The notes under the pieces were generated by a model that worked only from the letters and a program-made list of their open reading frames with translations, had not been told where the DNA came from and ran no database searches. Source: Nitrospirota bacterium (lineage in GTDB: Bacteria > JACPQY01). From it: DNA of 39,804 nucleotides. Each line of letters opens with the position of its first letter. The first letter of the stretch is position 1. The DNA lies in the NCBI GenBank assembly GCA_016180645.1, contig JACPAV010000030.1, forward strand, positions 1 through 39,804, read 5' to 3'. Made by a program: the position numbers and the translations under genes. Below are positions 34,878 to 39,804 of the stretch, piece after piece.

Positions 34878-34904
34878 TAAAGTTCATGGATATCCTTCCG
34901 ATAG
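34878..34904 (+). promoter_or_regulatory. Sigma28 (FliA) promoter for flgM-flgN-flgK-flgL
   Basis: TAAA-N15-TCCGATAG versus consensus TAAA-N15-GCCGATAA. Confidence 0.78.
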
Positions 34905-34935
34905 ACTAGACTGAGGAGAAAGGAGAAAAGGCCAA

Positions 34936-35250
34936 ATGTCGCCCAGAATCACCGGAATCGGCTCCAAGCAAGTTGAGCAGCTCGTTTCGAACAAGGTTCA
35001 GAAGCGGGATGACCGGGTAAAAGCCGACAAGACCGAAACGCGCACCACCGAGGCGGGTGAGCGTGTTTCCCTTTCCGAAGCGGCCCGAGAGGTCGCCGCG
35101 GCAAGGAGCAGGGTCGAGCTGATCCCGGACGTCCGCACGGAACGAGTCGAGCAACTGAAGGACGCGATTTCCAATGGCACATACCAGGTGGATGGACGGG
35201 CAGTGGCCGAGAAGCTCCTCAAGGAAACTCTGCTCGACATCCTCTTGTAG
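34936..35250 (+). CDS. flgM: Anti-sigma28 factor FlgM
   Basis: ERVSLS, PDVRTERVEQLKDAISNGTYQVD...VAEKL. Confidence 0.92.
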   Translation: MSPRITGIGSKQVEQLVSNKVQKRDDRVKADKTETRTTEAGERVSLSEAAREVAAARSRVELIPDVRTERVEQLKDAISNGTYQVDGRAVAEKLLKETLLDILL

Positions 35251-35309
35251 TCCCGGCTCCGCCGTCCGGCGGAAGATTCGGGGGGACCGCGAATTCCAAG
35301 GAGGGAAGT

Positions 35310-35816
35310 ATGGCCGGTGCACCTCTGCCTCGTTCCGACTTCTTTAACGAACTCACCACCGCTCTTTCGCGTCAATGCGAAGCGCTGGACGCGCTGAAGC
35401 AGAAATTGGAGAACCAGAAGGAGCAGTTGATCCGCTTCCAGGTGGATGACCTGGAACAGAGCAACGCCGAGATCGCCGAACTCACCGCCCGCGTAGCCAC
35501 TCTTGAAAAGGACCGGTACGTGTTCGTCGCCCGGAAGTTCGGCCGTTCAGAGATGAAGCTTTCCGAGATTGTGGACGTGGCCCCCGTGGAACACGGGGCC
35601 CGCCTCCGGGAGATCCACGCCCGCTTGCGCTCCCTCTCGCGTGCCGTGGGCCGCTTGAGCACGGCGAATGCCGATCTCATGAGGAACGGCGCCGGTCTCG
35701 TGGAGGGGATGCTCAACTTGTACCGTCACTCGCTCAACGCCCGGCCGGTGTATGAGCGGGAGCGGATCGTCGATACGGTGGGACTCCAGGGCTCGATGGT
35801 GAGCACGAGGCTGTGA
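35310..35816 (+). CDS. flgN: Flagellar export chaperone FlgN
   Basis: Helical 168 aa protein between flgM and flgK. Confidence 0.75.
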   Translation: MAGAPLPRSDFFNELTTALSRQCEALDALKQKLENQKEQLIRFQVDDLEQSNAEIAELTARVATLEKDRYVFVARKFGRSEMKLSEIVDVAPVEHGARLREIHARLRSLSRAVGRLSTANADLMRNGAGLVEGMLNLYRHSLNARPVYERERIVDTVGLQGSMVSTRL

Positions 35817-35918
35817 GTCGTGAAGAGTGAAGGGTGATGGGTGAAGTGAAACTCCGAAGGGCAGAGAGAATTCGACCCATGAATTCATTCTCATCACCCC
35901 TCACACATAACGCATCAC
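35813..35918. repeat. Inverted pair of heptamer arrays at the flgN/flgK junction
   Basis: GTGAGTC GTGAAGA GTGAAGG GTGATGG ... TCATCAC CCCTCAC ACATAAC GCATCAC. Confidence 0.82.
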
Positions 35919-35926
35919 GGTAGGAT

Positions 35927-38104
35927 ATGCCCGGAATTGACGACATGCTGGGAATCGCCACGCAGGCGATTCTTGTCCACCGCGCCACCTTGGAGGTGGC
36001 CAGCCACAACATTGCCAACGTCAATACTCCCGGGTATTCGCGCCAGAAGGCGTTCTTGGAGAACAACGGGCCGAACGACGATTTCTTCGGCAAGATCGGC
36101 ACGGGTGTGTTCCTCCGTTCCGTCAAGCGCGAGGCGGACATCTTTCTGAACACGGAGATCTACTCGAACACCTCCGGGTTGGGGAAACTCCGGGCCCAAA
36201 GTCAGCAGCTCCAGAGGCTGGAGGCGATCTTCAATGAATCCGTGGATGCCGGCGTCAGTAAGGCGATCAAGGATTTCTTCTCGGCGTGGAACGACCTGGC
36301 CAACAAGCCGGAGGGAATCGCGGAGCGGAATGCCGTGCTGGAGCGGGGGAAGGTTCTTCGCGACACCATCCGGCGCACCCGGCAGCAAATCGACGACCTC
36401 AATCGCCTGCTTTCTTCCCGGCTGAGCCAGGTGGTCGCCCAAGTCAACACGTACGCCCAGGAAATTCGATCCCTGAATGTGCGTGTGGCCAACACCGAGG
36501 GCCAGGGTTCGTCCGCCAACGATGAGCGGGACCTCCGTGAACAGAGAATGAAGGAGCTTTCGGAACTGGTCAGTTTCCAAAGCTACGAGGACCCCGTTAC
36601 GAAGATGGTCAACATCACGGTGGGCGGGCTGCCGCTCGTGGCCGGGAACGTGAGCAATTCCCTCTCCTCATCCTTGAACACGTCCGGCAACCTGATCCTG
36701 AATTTCGTTCGCCGGGATGGGAGCACTCAGGCCATTACCAACCTGATCACCGGCGGGCAGGCCAAGGGGCTGATCGACTTGCGTAATACGACGATACCGG
36801 ACTACCAGTCACGCCTCGATACGCTCGCCCGCGAGATCATCGAGGAGGTGAACCGGGTGCACACGCGCGGCGTCGGTCTCGCCACGGATTCCACGGGCAA
36901 ATCCGCCGGCTTTACCTCCATCACGAGCAAGTTGGCGATCAAGCAGAGCCTCGCCCTGGGCACGGCCGTGACAACCGCCGGGAGTCCGTTCTCCCTCGTG
37001 GACGGCGGGACCTTCACGATTCACGCCTACGACTCCACCGGCCAGGTCATTGCCCAGCGGACGTTCACGATCGATTCGAACAACAGTTCGGCAAGCTTGA
37101 ATTCGGGCACGGCCGTCCATTCCTTCCCGGCCGGCACGCTTGTGGAGCTCGCGATGAACATCAATACCACCATGGGGGCGAATCTGACCGCCACGGTGAC
37201 CACCGTCGGCTCGGGTACGGCGCTCCTCACGCTCGGCACGGATGCCGGCACGTCCTATTTCACCTTCAGCGAAGACTCCAGCGATCTCCTGAGCGTCCTC
37301 GGCATGAACACCTTTTTCTCCGGGGACGATTCCCGGGACTTCGACATCGATTCGGTGGTCTTGAACGACGTCAACCACATCAATGCCTCCAAGGTGGACC
37401 GACGCGATTTCATGTCGAACGCCGTGGCGTACGGCTCGGGCGGTCCGCTCGGGGGATCCGGCTTCAGCTTGGGATTCGGATCGGCTTTCACGCCCGGGAC
37501 GATGACGATTGACGTGTACGATCAGTTCGGGAGCGTCATTGAAACCAAGTCCATCTCCATCCGCGGCCAGACGCAGCTTGTCAGTCTGGATGCCGGGACC
37601 ACCGGATACGGGATTGACGCCACGTTCGAGAACCTCGAAGCGAGCGTCAATGGAGGCGGAACGCTGATTGGCATCCGCGCCATCGGCATGGGGAAAAGTT
37701 TCGTGATTCGGAACGACACGTCCAGCTTCATGCAAAACCTTCAAATTACCGGGAACGTGCCCGGCCCGCGCAATTTTTCCCAGGGCGACAATCGGAACGC
37801 GCTGGAGCTGTCCGCTCTCGAAAGCGCCCTGGTGTTGAACGGAAACACGCAAACGTTCAGCGAATACTACTCCGACTTCCAGGCGAAGGTCGGCTCCGAG
37901 GTTCAGAACAACCAGCGGAACTTCGACCAGCAGGAGCTCTCCGTCGAACAGCTTGAAGGATTCCGCGATGAGCGCGCGGGTGTCAACCTCGACGAAGAGA
38001 TCGCGAAACTGATCAAGTATGAGCAGGCGTACAATGCGTCGGCGCGTCTGGTGGCGCTGGTCCAACAGCTTACGGATACGCTGCTCAACATCATCGGAGC
38101 GTAA
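35927..38104 (+). CDS. flgK: Flagellar hook-associated protein 1 FlgK (long form)
   Basis: SHNIANVNTPGYSRQ N-terminus; GVNLDEE...YEQAYNASAR C-terminus. Confidence 0.95.
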   Translation: MPGIDDMLGIATQAILVHRATLEVASHNIANVNTPGYSRQKAFLENNGPNDDFFGKIGTGVFLRSVKREADIFLNTEIYSNTSGLGKLRAQSQQLQRLEAIFNESVDAGVSKAIKDFFSAWNDLANKPEGIAERNAVLERGKVLRDTIRRTRQQIDDLNRLLSSRLSQVVAQVNTYAQEIRSLNVRVANTEGQGSSANDERDLREQRMKELSELVSFQSYEDPVTKMVNITVGGLPLVAGNVSNSLSSSLNTSGNLILNFVRRDGSTQAITNLITGGQAKGLIDLRNTTIPDYQSRLDTLAREIIEEVNRVHTRGVGLATDSTGKSAGFTSITSKLAIKQSLALGTAVTTAGSPFSLVDGGTFTIHAYDSTGQVIAQRTFTIDSNNSSASLNSGTAVHSFPAGTLVELAMNINTTMGANLTATVTTVGSGTALLTLGTDAGTSYFTFSEDSSDLLSVLGMNTFFSGDDSRDFDIDSVVLNDVNHINASKVDRRDFMSNAVAYGSGGPLGGSGFSLGFGSAFTPGTMTIDVYDQFGSVIETKSISIRGQTQLVSLDAGTTGYGIDATFENLEASVNGGGTLIGIRAIGMGKSFVIRNDTSSFMQNLQITGNVPGPRNFSQGDNRNALELSALESALVLNGNTQTFSEYYSDFQAKVGSEVQNNQRNFDQQELSVEQLEGFRDERAGVNLDEEIAKLIKYEQAYNASARLVALVQQLTDTLLNIIGA

Positions 38105-38120
38105 CGGATGACCGACCCCC

Positions 38121-38148
38121 GCCTCACGCCTAACGACTCACGACTTAC
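38121..38148 (+). repeat. Heptamer array at the flgK/flgL junction
   Basis: GCCTCAC GCCTAAC GACTCAC GACTTAC. Confidence 0.75.
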
Positions 38149-38154
38149 GGTTCG

Positions 38155-39330
38155 ATGAGCTTCCTTCGCGTCACACAGAATCTGATGTTCCGGAACATCA
38201 ACACCGACATCCAGCGGAATTACAACCGGCTGGCTCTCGACCAGATGAAACTCGGATCGGCCAAGCGCGTCAACAAGCCGTCCGACGATCCCGTCTCCAT
38301 CGCCCAGATCATGGAGTTCAGGAAAACCATACGGGAGGTGGACCAATTCGACCGGAACATTGAGCAGGCCAGAAGGTTCCTGCAATCCAGCGATTCAACG
38401 CTCGACTCCGTGCACACCATGCTTGTCAGGGGCAAGCAGTTGGCCATTCAAGCGGCCAATACTCCGCTGAGCGACTCGGCCCGTGACGGCATGGCCAAAG
38501 AGGTGGAAGAAATGCAGAACGAGCTGGTCAAGCTGGCCAACAGCCGGCAGAACGGCCAGTACCTTTTCGGCGGATCCAACACCAAGACGGCCACCTTCGT
38601 TACGAGAACTCTTTCCGAGAACGTGTCGACGACTGAGAATACCCGATTTCGAGTGGTGACCTACAACGGGCAGGGTGTGGACGTTTCGGATGCCAACGAC
38701 ATCGACACGGACAGTCTCACCGCCGGTTCGACCACCGACGAACTGCCGGACGCGACCAGTTCCGTCGCGGCGGGCAATATCGCGAATGCCACCTTCTACA
38801 CGACCACCGGAGCGCCGGTGGCCACTTTCGGCGCGGGCGCCACGCAAAACCAGGTTCGTACGCTTCCGAAATTCTTCGATCCCCTGGAGGTCCAGATCAC
38901 CTTCGGGAATAACGGCCGCCTCCAGATCAACGAAACCGGCCGGATCTTCACGGGCGATGGGACCAATGACGATGGCGACAGCGAAGTCAATCTCTTCAAA
39001 ACCCTTGACGACTTCCGGATCGCCCTGGAGAACAACAGCCTCGGCGCCGGAGGCGTGGGCGGCATCCAGGCGCGCATTTCGGAGTTTGATTATGGCATGG
39101 ATACCATTCGCGAGGCCCAGGCGAGGATTGGGTCGCGGCTGAACCGGGTGGAACAGGCCGGCTCGGCCCACGAGAATATCCGGCTCTCGGTTCAGGAATC
39201 GCTCAGCAAGCAGGAAGACTTGGATATTGCGGCCACGATCACCGACCTCCAATTGGCGCAAGTTGTGTATCAGGCTGCGCTGGCCAGTGCGGGGCGGATT
39301 TTGCCTCTCAGCCTCCTGAACTTCATCTAA
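38155..39330 (+). CDS. flgL: Flagellar hook-associated protein 3 FlgL
   Basis: RVTQN, KRVNKPSDDP, GQYLFGGS, YQAAL...LSLLNFI. Confidence 0.95.
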   Translation: MSFLRVTQNLMFRNINTDIQRNYNRLALDQMKLGSAKRVNKPSDDPVSIAQIMEFRKTIREVDQFDRNIEQARRFLQSSDSTLDSVHTMLVRGKQLAIQAANTPLSDSARDGMAKEVEEMQNELVKLANSRQNGQYLFGGSNTKTATFVTRTLSENVSTTENTRFRVVTYNGQGVDVSDANDIDTDSLTAGSTTDELPDATSSVAAGNIANATFYTTTGAPVATFGAGATQNQVRTLPKFFDPLEVQITFGNNGRLQINETGRIFTGDGTNDDGDSEVNLFKTLDDFRIALENNSLGAGGVGGIQARISEFDYGMDTIREAQARIGSRLNRVEQAGSAHENIRLSVQESLSKQEDLDIAATITDLQLAQVVYQAALASAGRILPLSLLNFI

Positions 39331-39804
39331 GCGATGAGCCGATTGCGCAGTCTTCTTTCCGGTCTTTTGACCCCACGGCCGAAAGGTGCACGCGCCCCGC
39401 GTCGCACGATCGCACTCCGGGCACGACAAGCCATCAAGGAATCGCATGTCCTTCGCGGGGTGCGTCGCCAGATGGAATCGACTCTTCCCCTGGCGGCTCC
39501 CGTCTTTACGCACTTGCTGGACGCACCCCTCGATCGCGCGCGTTCCAACGGGAACGGGCACGCCCGGAGGATTTCGCGCCCTCGTCGAAAGAATCCTCTC
39601 GCCATGGTCCTCGGCTTCACCCTCCCGATCGGCAACGGCCGCGGCTCCTCCCGCCTCCATATCCGCACCCTCTTCCGCCTCGAACGGTAGGCGCTACGAG
39701 CAGACCCTTAACCTGAATCCGGCGTGAAGGTGAGTATATCACAGCTGGATTCCTTGCTTGGCGAGGGGCTAGTGCGTATTCTGAGGGGATGGGCCGTTTC
39801 TACG

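Noticed and set aside
35251-35287. Hairpin after flgM as an intrinsic terminator
   Set aside because: No U-tract follows and flgN continues in the same direction; at most a stability element.
8407-38148. CRISPR array interpretation of the short repeats
   Set aside because: Units are 7-nt tandem repeats with no 25-45 nt repeat/spacer alternation, and there are no cas genes.

Overview
GC-rich (roughly 60-65% by eye) chromosomal region of a flagellated Gram-negative bacterium. The flgFGAHIJMNKL layout resembles deltaproteobacteria-like lineages, but the taxon cannot be fixed from this window. Left to right: (i) the left end of an IS3-family element inserted into the hsdS of a type I R-M locus (hsdS' - four-helix-bundle gene - hsdR); (ii) an MNT gene with a decayed HEPN partner; (iii) housekeeping and envelope genes: enoyl-CoA hydratase, RRM protein, DEAD-box helicase, acyl-CoA dehydrogenase, SH3 protein, MMPL, glycosyltransferase, dodecin-like, MBL hydrolase, pseudo-receiver/Fis, OmpA-Kelch, fumC and an actinobacterial Sdh1-like succinate dehydrogenase operon; (iv) a 5.5-kb toxin-antitoxin island (MNT/HEPN, two BrnTA, HicAB, orphan HicB) holding a two-cassette integrase-less integron array (UDG-superfamily protein, HEPN-motif protein), whose second attC is cut by the 3' remnant of a non-IIC group II intron; (v) the flg operon with sigma54- and sigma28-like promoters. 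The most striking unexplained structure is a window-wide set of degenerate 7-nt tandem repeats. They bracket the four-helix-bundle gene as inverted arms, recur as gene-less inverted pairs at four gene junctions, and form the loops of hairpins covering downstream ribosome-binding sites, including at most flg junctions. All calls are by eye and motif recognition; no database search or folding program was run.
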